Assembly: GCA_910587065.1 (NCBI GenBank) | Contig: CAJUMA010000001.1 | Span: 82,221-146,220, forward strand | From: an uncultured Bacilli bacterium | GTDB taxonomy: Bacteria > Bacillota_I > Bacilli_A > RF39 > UBA660 | Length of the DNA stretch: 64,000 nt | Reading direction: 5' to 3' | In this document: in pieces, positions 19,066 through 28,750 of the stretch | Numbering within the stretch: the first letter of the stretch is position 1 | Layout: every line of letters begins with the position of its first letter | Program-made: the position numbers and the translations under genes | The notes under the pieces: model-generated | Database searches by the model: none | What the model saw: only the letters and a program-made list of their open reading frames with translations | Told to the model about the DNA's origin: nothing

Positions 19066-19312
19066 CATCAATATGAAGAATTTTACCAGGGAGATAAAAA
19101 TACTCATCTCGGTCCAATAATTCATTGCTTATTTCTGGACGATAATCATCAACTCTCTCAGCAATAGTCAAATCATCTAAATTAGCATCAGCATAAAGTC
19201 TCACATCAGCCCCCTTTAAGTAAGCTACATCATCTTTAATATCAACCACTATAAAAACAACATCATTGTTATAACTATTTCTAGTAACAATAGAGCCTTT
19301 TTCTATTTTCAT
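19066..19312 (-). CDS. yabG: sporulation protease YabG, N-terminal fragment (split gene)
   Basis: MKIEKGSIVTRNSYNNDVVFIVVDIKDDVAYLKGADVRLYADANLDDL...DEYFYLPGKILHID aligns with B. subtilis YabG residues 1-~115 (MQFQIGDMVARKSYQMDVLFRIIG...HMPGKVLHLD). Homology stops at HID; the remaining 16 codons of the tracked ORF (AAFFYVIICIYLYLLNLM*) are element-derived. Confidence 0.75.
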
Positions 19313-19353
19313 AAACCTCACCTATGGTATATTATGCCAAAAGAAAAAAGTGT

Positions 19354-20373
19354 TTAACACTTTTCTAAAAATTTACTTGGACAAAAATCATTGGTAAAAG
19401 ATACAGCAATATGGTTTAAATTAGCAAAAACCATTTCATCTTGATCACTATATTTAGAGAAATATTCCTCTAGAGAAACATTTTCATAATACGATTTATT
19501 TAATAGCTTATTATCTCTATTACTTATATCAAAATTATAAAAAATATCATCTATCATAAGCATTACTTCTTCATCATTTATATTAAGACGATAAATATCT
19601 TTAGATTTCAATATTTCATCCATTCTGTTTCCTAATCCTTTATATGGTGGATATCTAAAAAAATAAATATAGCTAGCTCCAAATGGACCTCGAAAAGTTT
19701 CTAGTGCCTCAATTATATCTTCTCTACTTAAATCACATTCTTTCATACCATGGAATTTATCTATATTCCAAGCTCCAACTATACGGTACTTATACTTATC
19801 AGCATATTTATCAAATAAATCATACATTTTATTATCATAAAAATATTTTAAACTAAAAAGACCCTTAGATAAATCAGCACTTTTATCAACAAGATGATAA
19901 AAATAAAGAGGACTATTTAATTTTATAAGTTTCTGTGACTGACAATATAACAAAAACTCTATTGACTTCATCTTTTTCTTTGGCTTCTCATATTCATACA
20001 TAAAAACTTCACTAGTAGAAGAAAAATCTTTAATAAGTTTTTCTTTCACATCTAATAGTAAATCTTGCAAAGAAGCATATTCATGAATTCCTGTATATAG
20101 CTCCCATGCATGCTCAAACCAAAAGTAAGAATGTCCTTTTTTATATATAATAAAGGTATGCGTTTGAAATTTTCCTTTGTCATCACTCAATGCCACATAA
20201 TAAGAAGTAACAGTTATTCCATATTGATAAAATAACTCTCTTTCTAATTCAACTTGTTCCCAACAATTTCCTTCCTTTTTATCTAAAACTTCTGTTGCGC
20301 TATAAATATATGTATCATCATCTATCCACCTATAATTAATGTCTTGAAGTATTTGCATTATTTTTATATCCAT
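19354..20373 (-). CDS. hypothetical protein with possible transglutaminase-like Cys/His motif
   Basis: 339 aa. EGNCWEQVELERELFYQYGIT...HTFIIYKKGHSYFWFEHAWELY resembles the GxC...GI...HAW transglutaminase-like core. Sits between rsmA and yabG-N. Confidence 0.4.
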   Translation of the reverse strand: MDIKIMQILQDINYRWIDDDTYIYSATEVLDKKEGNCWEQVELERELFYQYGITVTSYYVALSDDKGKFQTHTFIIYKKGHSYFWFEHAWELYTGIHEYASLQDLLLDVKEKLIKDFSSTSEVFMYEYEKPKKKMKSIEFLLYCQSQKLIKLNSPLYFYHLVDKSADLSKGLFSLKYFYDNKMYDLFDKYADKYKYRIVGAWNIDKFHGMKECDLSREDIIEALETFRGPFGASYIYFFRYPPYKGLGNRMDEILKSKDIYRLNINDEEVMLMIDDIFYNFDISNRDNKLLNKSYYENVSLEEYFSKYSDQDEMVFANLNHIAVSFTNDFCPSKFLEKC

Positions 20374-20381
20374 AATCTCTC

Positions 20382-21164
20382 CTATTTATAATATTCGTTT
20401 GTTAAAAACACAAAATCCTGATACGACATATCCTCTGCTCTATTATCCAAAGATATATTTCTTTTTTCTAAAATCTCTTTTATTTTCTCTTGATTATAAC
20501 TTTTTAAATTATTTCTTAAATTTTTTCTTTTAAAAGTGAATGAATCTCTCACAAATTTATTAAATAAAAGCAAATCAGCCTTCATTTTTTCTTCTTTTCT
20601 AACCAGTTTGATAACCGAACTATCAACATTAGGAATAGGATAGAATTTATTTTTATTAACATGAAACAAAACTGAAACATCAAAAAAATAATTTAAAAAG
20701 ACAGTAATTGATCCATATTCTCGCGTACCAACACTTGCCGAAAATCTTTCTGCTACTTCTTTTTGCACCATAAATACCATTTCTTTGGGTAAAAGTTCCT
20801 CATCTATGATTTTTGTAATTATAGGTGTTGTTATATAATAAGGTAAGTTTCCAATTATATAAAGATTATTATATTCAATTTCATTTATATCAGCAAAAAC
20901 GTTTCTTTTTAAAAAGTCATCAAATATAATCTTACATTTATCACTTTCAAGCGGTTCCAGATTACTTTTTAAATCATGGTCTATTTCATAAGCAAGTATA
21001 TAAGCATTATTTTTTATTAATTCTTTTGTTAAAGCTCCGCTTCCTGGACCAATTTCAATAACCAAATCACCGTTTAAAGGATTGATTGAAGATACAATAT
21101 TTTTGATTATAGATTTATCTTGCAAAAAATTTTGTCCATATTTCTTTTTAAAATTAAATTTCAT
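20382..21164 (-). CDS. rsmA: 16S rRNA (adenine1518/1519-N6)-dimethyltransferase RsmA/KsgA
   Basis: KKYGQNFLQD N-terminus, EIGPGSGALT SAM motif, NLPYYITTPII motif; ksgA-yabG synteny. Confidence 0.9.
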   Translation of the reverse strand: MKFNFKKKYGQNFLQDKSIIKNIVSSINPLNGDLVIEIGPGSGALTKELIKNNAYILAYEIDHDLKSNLEPLESDKCKIIFDDFLKRNVFADINEIEYNNLYIIGNLPYYITTPIITKIIDEELLPKEMVFMVQKEVAERFSASVGTREYGSITVFLNYFFDVSVLFHVNKNKFYPIPNVDSSVIKLVRKEEKMKADLLLFNKFVRDSFTFKRKNLRNNLKSYNQEKIKEILEKRNISLDNRAEDMSYQDFVFLTNEYYK

Positions 21165-21210
21165 AGAATCGCTCCTTCAAAAGAAGTTTATCATATAATG
21201 AATTATAATT

Positions 21211-21242
21211 AAAGCAAAAGAAAAGAGACTTAACATAGTCTC
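21211..21242 (-). terminator. rho-independent terminator after the 3D-domain gene
   Basis: Minus-strand GAGACUauguuaAGUCUC hairpin followed by a U-run. Confidence 0.45.
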
Positions 21243-21246
21243 AAAA

Positions 21247-21801
21247 TTACTCTCTTTTAAACCCAAATCTTAAAACATCATATGTTAGTTTATGTCTTCC
21301 AATTTGTTTTATTGCAATATCACTACTAGATACAAGTAAATCTAGATCGTTACCTAAAACACCACGATCCAATACTATTCCAGTAACTTTTTTATCAGAT
21401 ATGTACGATGCATCAAATGTTACAATTGATCCACAAGGAAGATTCTTGGATGAAGCTAAAATAACAACATCACCATATTCAGAGTCATTATATTTAGTTG
21501 TGCCATTTGCAACATATGCACCAGTACAAGCTAAATAGCCAGTACACAAAGGGCAATCAGCTGAATATCCTGTTAAATCGCCTGTAAAAGTATCTAAAGG
21601 ATAATATTTGTCAGCCATATTAATTTCGTTTAATTTCAAAACCATAGCCGTTAAATCTAATGTTTTATTTAAATTTTCATTAATAACTTTTTCATTTTGA
21701 TTAATAACGTTTACTTTTTGAAGTGTTAAAATCAATAACAATAATAATAAAAATTTGGAGGTTTTATTAAATTTTGAAAGAATCTTTTTCATTACTATCA
21801 C
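21247..21801 (-). CDS. secreted 3D-domain protein (YabE-like)
   Basis: Signal peptide (KFLLLLLLILTL). C-terminal TGDLTGYSADCPLCTGYLACTGAYVANG...CGSIVTFDAS...GIVLDRGV matches the 3D (Asp-rich MltA-like) domain. Position between tatD and rsmA equals B. subtilis yabE. Confidence 0.7.
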   Translation of the reverse strand: MIVMKKILSKFNKTSKFLLLLLLILTLQKVNVINQNEKVINENLNKTLDLTAMVLKLNEINMADKYYPLDTFTGDLTGYSADCPLCTGYLACTGAYVANGTTKYNDSEYGDVVILASSKNLPCGSIVTFDASYISDKKVTGIVLDRGVLGNDLDLLVSSSDIAIKQIGRHKLTYDVLRFGFKRE

Positions 21802-21856
21802 CTTATATACGAATTATAACAAAAAGCAAGAGTAAAGTAAACATTTTACATCAACT

Positions 21857-22615
21857 TTATATAAAAAATATCTCTTTCACATTGTTTTCTGTTTCTTTTT
21901 CTACTTCCAATACATCTATATGCTTTATATTTGCTAAATATTCTGCAATTATTTTAATATATTTTGGCTCATTAGAATATTTTCTATATGGTTCTGGTGT
22001 TAAAAAAGGAGAATCGGTTTCTAAAACAATCCGACTAAGGGAAATATCTTTGATTATCTCATCAATTTTTGAGTTTTTAAAAGTCATAACTCCGCCAACT
22101 CCAATATAAAACCCCATTTTAATTAATTCTTTTGCCGTTTCTAAACTCCCAGAAAAACAATGCATTACTCCTTTAACATTAAATTTCTTTAATGATTTTA
22201 ATGTGTCTAATGTTGCCTCTCTTGAATGTACTACAACTGGCAAATTATATTTTTCTGCAAGTGAGAGTTGAAATTCAAAAACTTCTATCTGCCTTAATCT
22301 ATTTTCTTTTCCGTAATAATAATCTAAACCAATCTCCCCAATCGCGATTATATTTTTATTACCTTTATTACCTTCTAGTAATTTTTCAAATTCTAAAATA
22401 TCATCATCACAATTCTCGGGATGAATCCCAATAGCTACATATATTTCATCATACTTATTTGATAAAACTATCATTTCCTTTGTCGATTCCAAACTATCAG
22501 CTGCACTAATATAACGATGCACTCCCCAATCTTTGGCATCAGCTATTAATTTTTTTATATCCCTAAAGTACTCCTTAGTTAAATGACAATGTGTATCTGT
22601 TAACATAAACTTCAC
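21857..22615 (-). CDS. tatD: TatD family metal-dependent DNase/hydrolase
   Basis: MLTDTHCHL start, 252 aa, GIHPE and EIGLDYYY motifs; follows metG as in Bacillus (yabD). Confidence 0.85.
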   Translation of the reverse strand: MKFMLTDTHCHLTKEYFRDIKKLIADAKDWGVHRYISAADSLESTKEMIVLSNKYDEIYVAIGIHPENCDDDILEFEKLLEGNKGNKNIIAIGEIGLDYYYGKENRLRQIEVFEFQLSLAEKYNLPVVVHSREATLDTLKSLKKFNVKGVMHCFSGSLETAKELIKMGFYIGVGGVMTFKNSKIDEIIKDISLSRIVLETDSPFLTPEPYRKYSNEPKYIKIIAEYLANIKHIDVLEVEKETENNVKEIFFI

Positions 22616-22640
22616 TCCTTTAATAAAAGAAGAATAAAAC

Positions 22641-24179
22641 CTATTCTTCTTTATTCTCTATACGTTTAAATATTGGTTCAGGGTCATTAAGTACAGTCCC
22701 AAGAGAAAGACCACCAAATTCCTTAACACTTTCTAAACTTGTTTTCTGAGTATTTAATTGCCTAAATATCTCTTCACTAGTATCAGGTAAAAAAGGTCTT
22801 AAAAGTATTGCACCAATTCTAATTGACTCAAGCAAATTATATATAACTGTTTTTAGTTCATCATGCCTTGATTCATCTTTTGCAAGTAGCCAAGGTGTTG
22901 TTTCATCAATATATTTATTACATCTTCTAAATATTTCCATTATAGCATCAATTGCTTCAGGAACCTTTAATTCATCCATATATTTATCAACAATTTCTTT
23001 TGTCTTTAAAGTTTCACTTATTAATTCTTCATCAAATTCTGTTGACTTATCACTTTTAACGACAACATTATTAAAATACTTTTTATTCATCGCGATAGTT
23101 CTATTAACTAAATTACCTAAAACATTTGCTAAATCTGCATTGGTACGATTAATTAAAGCAATTTCTGAAAAATTACCGTCATTTCCAAATGGAACTTCTC
23201 TTAAAGCAAAATATCTAACTGCATCTTTTCCATAAGCCTCAATGTATTCACGTGGATCTTTATAATTTCCTGAACTCTTAGAAATCTTACCTCCATCAAT
23301 AACTAACCATCCATGCCCAAATACTTGTTTTGGTAAAGGTAAATCAAGCGCCATTAACATAATTGGCCATATTATAGTATGAAATCTTACTATTTCTTTA
23401 CCTACAATATGCAAATCTGCTGGCCAAAACTTCTTAAATAGCTCATCATTATCACTTAAATAACCTAAGGCACTAATATAGTTACTTAAGGCATCAACCC
23501 AAACATATACAACATGATTTGAATCAAAATCAACTGGAACTCCCCATTTAAAACTTGTTCTTGATACACATAAGTCTTCAAGTCCTGGTTTAATAAAGTT
23601 ATTAATCATCTCATTTTTTCGAGAAGTTGGTTGAATAAATTCAGGATGTGACTCAATATGTTCAACTAAACGATCAGCATAATTAGAAAGTTTAAAGAAG
23701 TAGGCTTCTTCATGAGCTTCTTCTACATCTCTCCCACAGTCAGGACACTTTCCATCAACTAACTGTGATTCTGTCCAGAATGATTCACAAGGAGTACAGT
23801 AAAGTCCAGAATATTCACCCTTATAGATATCTCCTTGATCATATAATTTTTTGAATATTTTTTGAACTGTTGCAACATGTTCTTCATCTGTTGTTCTTAT
23901 AAACTTATCATATTCAATACCTAAAGATTTCCATAAATCTTTAGCATTCTCAATAATCCTATCAACATACTCTTTAGGTGTTACCCCTGCTTCTTTTGCT
24001 TTTTTTTCTATCTTCAACCCATGTTCATCAGAACCAGTTATAAAAAATGTATCGTATCCATTTTGTTTTTTATATCTTGCTATTGCATCAGCAATAATAG
24101 TTGTATAACAATGACCTATATGGAAATTTGCACTTGGATAATATATAGGTGTTGTTACATAAAATTTTTTATTTTCCAT
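22641..24179 (-). CDS. metG: methionine--tRNA ligase (short form)
   Basis: PIYYPSANFHIGHCYTTIIADAIARY (HIGH), Zn knuckle CPDCGRD, KISKSSGN (KMSKS); 512 aa. Confidence 0.92.
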   Translation of the reverse strand: MENKKFYVTTPIYYPSANFHIGHCYTTIIADAIARYKKQNGYDTFFITGSDEHGLKIEKKAKEAGVTPKEYVDRIIENAKDLWKSLGIEYDKFIRTTDEEHVATVQKIFKKLYDQGDIYKGEYSGLYCTPCESFWTESQLVDGKCPDCGRDVEEAHEEAYFFKLSNYADRLVEHIESHPEFIQPTSRKNEMINNFIKPGLEDLCVSRTSFKWGVPVDFDSNHVVYVWVDALSNYISALGYLSDNDELFKKFWPADLHIVGKEIVRFHTIIWPIMLMALDLPLPKQVFGHGWLVIDGGKISKSSGNYKDPREYIEAYGKDAVRYFALREVPFGNDGNFSEIALINRTNADLANVLGNLVNRTIAMNKKYFNNVVVKSDKSTEFDEELISETLKTKEIVDKYMDELKVPEAIDAIMEIFRRCNKYIDETTPWLLAKDESRHDELKTVIYNLLESIRIGAILLRPFLPDTSEEIFRQLNTQKTSLESVKEFGGLSLGTVLNDPEPIFKRIENKEE

Positions 24180-24181
24180 AA

Positions 24182-24616
24182 TTATTTTCTCTCCTCATAT
24201 ATAGTTTTATTTTTATAATTCTTAAGTATTACTTTTGAAGGTTCACATAAGTTATCAGGTAAATTATCTAAATCAAAATATCCATAATCCACATGTTCTT
24301 CTGTATCGCCTAGTGAAATAGTACCACTCGACATCCATGCAAAGAGACCAACTGTTAAAAAGTGAGCATACTCATTGATATCATCATTAATAGATATAAC
24401 TTCTAAGTCATCAACATTTAAATTAACTTCTGATAAGACTTTTCTTTTTGCTGCATCTATTAAAGTTTCACCATATTTAACCTTTCCCGCAGGAAGTGTC
24501 CATGTTCCTTCCAAACGCATATCACTTAAAGCTTTCTCTGCTTCACTATTTCTTAAAATTAATAATACTTGTTTTAATTCATTTAAAATAATAATTCCAA
24601 TTCCGACTCCTGGCAT
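24182..24616 (-). CDS. NUDIX hydrolase (degenerate Nudix box)
   Basis: GKVKYGETLIDAAKRKVLSEVNL approximates Gx5Ex7REUxEE. 144 aa. First gene after the T-box leader; ATGA overlap with metG. Confidence 0.55.
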   Translation of the reverse strand: MPGVGIGIIILNELKQVLLILRNSEAEKALSDMRLEGTWTLPAGKVKYGETLIDAAKRKVLSEVNLNVDDLEVISINDDINEYAHFLTVGLFAWMSSGTISLGDTEEHVDYGYFDLDNLPDNLCEPSKVILKNYKNKTIYEERK

Positions 24617-24629
24617 ATCATCACTTCCT

Positions 24630-24876
24630 AAAAAAATAAAAAAGCCAAGAATTTAAGGACGAGATAACCCGCGGTACCACCTTAATTCATGACTTTGCTT
24701 CATGCTCTTTAATCTTAACGCGATTAAACGATTTAAACTCCAGAGCCATTCGACTAAAAATCATCTCGTTTGCTTTCACCTAACCAAACTCTCTTATAAA
24801 GACCTAATTTAGCTTCTTTCCTTCACCGTTCAACAAATATACTCTAACACAAAAATTTAAATTCTTCAAGTTTTAT
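24630..24876 (-). promoter_or_regulatory. T-box riboswitch leader (probable Met specifier) controlling the nudix-metG operon
   Basis: Minus strand contains AGAGA stem I elements, ...GAGAUGAUUUU (AUG candidate specifier), the conserved T-box AAUUAAGGUGGUACCGCGGG (plus 24669-24688), then the terminator UCUCGUCCUUAAAUUCUUGGCUUUUUUAUUUUUUU immediately before the nudix start. Confidence 0.7.
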
Positions 24877-25485
24877 TTATTTTTTAAATCCAAAAAGTGT
24901 ATAGACTTCAGTAGATGCACCATCATCTTGATAGCGCTTAACTGAATCAATTAAATCACCAAAGTAAGAATATATATATTCATATGCATTTTCATTTTTA
25001 AGTTCTTCGATAACTTCACCATATATCTTCTTTGCTTCATCTATAGGAAGTATTTTCATTGCAATATCAACACATTTTTAATCAGGATAAAGAGCTCTAT
25101 TTTTTTAAGAGGTTTTAAATGATATTCAAAATCATCATACATACAACTTCCCATATCAGCAATTATTGCTCTTTTTCTTCCAGAAAATCTATTTACTAAA
25201 CACAAAGACACAACTGGTAAATAAATATTTCCCTTTTTCATAATATTGTCATCGTATATATATAGCTTCCTCGTTTGTTCCACATCCAAATTCATGGTAA
25301 TATGGAATTTCAAATATAGAATGTTTAAAATCAATTCCCCTTCTTCTTATTAAATTAGCTACTTTAAAATTAATTGTATATGGATGTTCAAAATTATCAA
25401 GTGATTTACCTTGACAATACTCTAAGTATTTAACATCTCTTCCTTTTGCTAATATGACATCCATTATTGTCCCATAATTAAACAT
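24877..25485 (-). pseudogene. three overlapping ORFs in different frames; probably one ~200-aa gene with two frameshifts, function unknown
   Basis: ORFs 25249-25485, 25056-25334 and 24877-25059 overlap by 86 nt and 4 nt in shifted frames. No recognisable motif. Confidence 0.3.
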
Positions 25486-25540
25486 TAAATTAGTAACTCC
25501 AAAAGATAAACATTCCTTCTAAAATATTATAATATTGATT

Positions 25541-28500
25541 TTACAAAATCATATTCACTATTTCATTTAATAAATCGACTAAATAATAAACAAAATGTTT
25601 TTCTAAATTCACTAGTGATAAATTAATATATATTCTTTTCATTCTATAACTTAATCTAAATTTAGGATTTATATTATAAGCAATTAAGAATAATTTATCC
25701 CCTTGAATTTTATTCGATACATCCTCTGGTAACTCAATTTCTAAAAGTGTTTCTGTTTGCTTAATTCTTTTTATATTTAATTGTTGAGCTATTTTTTCAA
25801 ACCATTCTTCATACATGTATACATCCATCTCTTCACTTACATGCCCAAATCTATCGAGAATCTCTGCTCTAACTTTTCCTAAACTCATCTGATCTTTTAT
25901 TTCACTAATAAGTTGATGAATTTCAATTTTTATACTTTCTTCAGATACATACTCATCACTTATATGATTTTCTACTTCAATTAATGGATTTGTGTTTTCT
26001 TCTTCATCTTCTACATCTTCACCATTTAATCTTCTAATTTCATCATTAACCATCTGAGTATAAAGCTCTAACCCAACTGAATCGACAAAACCAGCTTGTT
26101 CAGCACCTAATAAATCTCCAGCTCCTCTAATAGATAAATCTCTCATTGCAATTTTATACCCACTACCAAGTTCCGTAAAATCTTTTATTGATTGAAGTCT
26201 CTTAACAGCTGTTTCTGTTAATACTTTTGCTTTATTATACATCAAATAAGCATAAGCAATTTTATCGCTTCTTCCAACTCTTCCACGAAGTTGATATAAC
26301 TGTGCAAGTCCAAAATTATCTGCATCAATTACTATTAATGTATTAACATTAGGAATATCAATTCCTGTTTCAATAATAGTTGTACAAACCAAAACATCAT
26401 ATTTATAATCAACAAAATCTGTAACGATATTTTCAAGTTCTGTTTTGTCCATTTGTCCGTGAGCCATAACAATTCGAGCCTCTGGAACCAATCTAGCAAT
26501 CTTATCTACCTCATCTTGAATAGAAACAACTCGATTATATAAAACATATACTTGCCCATTACGAGAAAGTTCTTTATATATTGCATCCTTTATCAAGGCC
26601 TCTTGTTCTTCAACAACATAAGTTTGAACAGGATATCTATTAACAGGTGGAGTATCAATGATTGATAAATCACGAAGTCCACTCATTGCCATTTTTAGTG
26701 TTCTTGGTATAGGTGTAGCAGATAGTGTAAGAACATTAACATCATTTTTAAGTTCCTTAATTCTTTCTTTATGAGTTACTCCAAATCTTTGCTCTTCATC
26801 TACAACCAATAGTCCAAGATTATTAAAAGAAAGAGCCTTATTAAGAAGCTTATGTGTTCCAAAAACAATATCAATCGAACCATTTTCTAAACCTTCATAA
26901 ATTCTTTTTACTTCTTTTTGAGTAGTAAACCTATTTAATAAAGCAATGTTAATAGGAAATTCCTTAAATCTATCTAAAGCATTATTATATTGTTGACGCG
27001 ATAACAAGGTTGTTGGACACAGATACGCAACTTGATAGCCATTCATAACAGTTTTAAACATACCTCTAAATGCCACTTCTGTCTTACCAAAACCAACATC
27101 ACCGCAAAGTAATCTATCCATTGGAACACTTGATTTCAAATCATTATCAATTTCTTTAATTGTTTTTAATTGATCATTAGTCTCATTATAATTAAAATTA
27201 GAAGCAAACATTAATTCATCATCAAAACTGTTAAAAATTGGACCTTTAATATTAGTTCTTGCTGCATAAAGTTTAATTAATTCTTCACTAATATACTTTA
27301 TCCTATTTTTAACCTTCATTTTAGTTTTTGCCCAAGTTGTTGAATTTAGCTTATTTAGCTTTGGAGGTGTTCCATCAGCATCAGAATATTTGTATATAGT
27401 TGAAATTTTTTCGACTGGTATATATATTTTATCATTGCCTAAATAGTTAATCTTTATATAATCTCTTACCATACCATTTTTAGTTATTGCTTCTATCCCA
27501 CCATAAACACCTATTCCATGTTGCGAGTGAACTACATAATCACCTATTTTAATATCATCAAAACTTTTGATTTTTCTTCCTATCTTAATATTATTTTTAT
27601 AAATATTTGAAATCTTTGAATCATCAATATCAAACTCAGAAATTACTATATACTTATCTATAATAAATCCTTCATTAATCTTAATTTCTAAGATATTAAT
27701 TGCGTTTTCTTTTATACTTCCAATATTCACTTCTTCTAAAAGATCTTTAATAATATTAATCTGCTTTTCTTTAGATAAACAAATTATTAAAGTATTCGTA
27801 TTTTTACGGGTATAGCAATAATCTTTTAATGCATTATAATCTCCTCTAAACTTTATTATATCTTTTGAATTATACATTAAAGAATTATCAACATTATTAA
27901 TGGTCTCAACTTTAATAAAATCTTTTACTAATATATCGTCATACTTATACATATAATCTTGATTATCCAAATTTAAATTCTCATTGTACTCTAAGATATC
28001 ATTTAAAATCTTTTTATATCCATTTATTATCTGATTTTCATCAACAATAAAGACAAAGGGATTAATCATATAGTCAAATAAACTACTATGTTCATCGAAA
28101 TTAAGTTCTTGAATAGGCAGTATTACTAGATCTGTAATTTCATTAATAGATAACTGTGTTTCTTCATTAAAAATGCGGACTGATTCTACTTCATCACCAA
28201 AAAATTCAATTCTAATTGGATGTGCTTCTTCAATTGGAAAAATATCTATTATAAAACCACGAACAGCATACTCTCCTGTTGAAGTAACTAATGATGTTTT
28301 TTTATAACCATATTCTTCCAAAGAAGAAAGAAAAGATTCCCTATTTACCTTTTCCCCTTTTGCTATATTAATCTTCAAGTTTTTTGATTTTTCATAAGAT
28401 GGTAGATACCTTAAATAACCCATTAGATTTGTTACAACAATTGTTTTTTTATGATTCTTTAGATATTCTAAAGTCTCGAGTCTATTAATCTTTAAATCGG

Positions 28501-28750
28501 GTGATATTGCAAGTGCTACGGAAGATAAAAAATCATCCATTGGAAAAAGACATACATCATTCGTGTAAGTTTTTAATCTCTGATATATTTTATTTGAATC
28601 ATACAAAGAATTTGTAATAATTAATACATTTCTATCATTGTTCTTAAAATAATTATAGTAATATATTGCTAACAATTCATTTGTTAACCCACAAACTCGT
28701 GCATGATTTTCATATTTAAATAAATTATTTAAGAAATCCACAAAAATCAC
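25541..28750 (-). CDS. mfd: transcription-repair coupling factor Mfd
   Basis: 1069 aa. UvrB-homology N-terminus, helicase motifs GDVGFGKTEVA and LLVVDEEQRFGV, TRG motif, C-terminal D7 domain. pth-mfd synteny. Confidence 0.93.
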   Translation of the reverse strand: MIFVDFLNNLFKYENHARVCGLTNELLAIYYYNYFKNNDRNVLIITNSLYDSNKIYQRLKTYTNDVCLFPMDDFLSSVALAISPDLKINRLETLEYLKNHKKTIVVTNLMGYLRYLPSYEKSKNLKINIAKGEKVNRESFLSSLEEYGYKKTSLVTSTGEYAVRGFIIDIFPIEEAHPIRIEFFGDEVESVRIFNEETQLSINEITDLVILPIQELNFDEHSSLFDYMINPFVFIVDENQIINGYKKILNDILEYNENLNLDNQDYMYKYDDILVKDFIKVETINNVDNSLMYNSKDIIKFRGDYNALKDYCYTRKNTNTLIICLSKEKQINIIKDLLEEVNIGSIKENAINILEIKINEGFIIDKYIVISEFDIDDSKISNIYKNNIKIGRKIKSFDDIKIGDYVVHSQHGIGVYGGIEAITKNGMVRDYIKINYLGNDKIYIPVEKISTIYKYSDADGTPPKLNKLNSTTWAKTKMKVKNRIKYISEELIKLYAARTNIKGPIFNSFDDELMFASNFNYNETNDQLKTIKEIDNDLKSSVPMDRLLCGDVGFGKTEVAFRGMFKTVMNGYQVAYLCPTTLLSRQQYNNALDRFKEFPINIALLNRFTTQKEVKRIYEGLENGSIDIVFGTHKLLNKALSFNNLGLLVVDEEQRFGVTHKERIKELKNDVNVLTLSATPIPRTLKMAMSGLRDLSIIDTPPVNRYPVQTYVVEEQEALIKDAIYKELSRNGQVYVLYNRVVSIQDEVDKIARLVPEARIVMAHGQMDKTELENIVTDFVDYKYDVLVCTTIIETGIDIPNVNTLIVIDADNFGLAQLYQLRGRVGRSDKIAYAYLMYNKAKVLTETAVKRLQSIKDFTELGSGYKIAMRDLSIRGAGDLLGAEQAGFVDSVGLELYTQMVNDEIRRLNGEDVEDEEENTNPLIEVENHISDEYVSEESIKIEIHQLISEIKDQMSLGKVRAEILDRFGHVSEEMDVYMYEEWFEKIAQQLNIKRIKQTETLLEIELPEDVSNKIQGDKLFLIAYNINPKFRLSYRMKRIYINLSLVNLEKHFVYYLVDLLNEIVNMIL

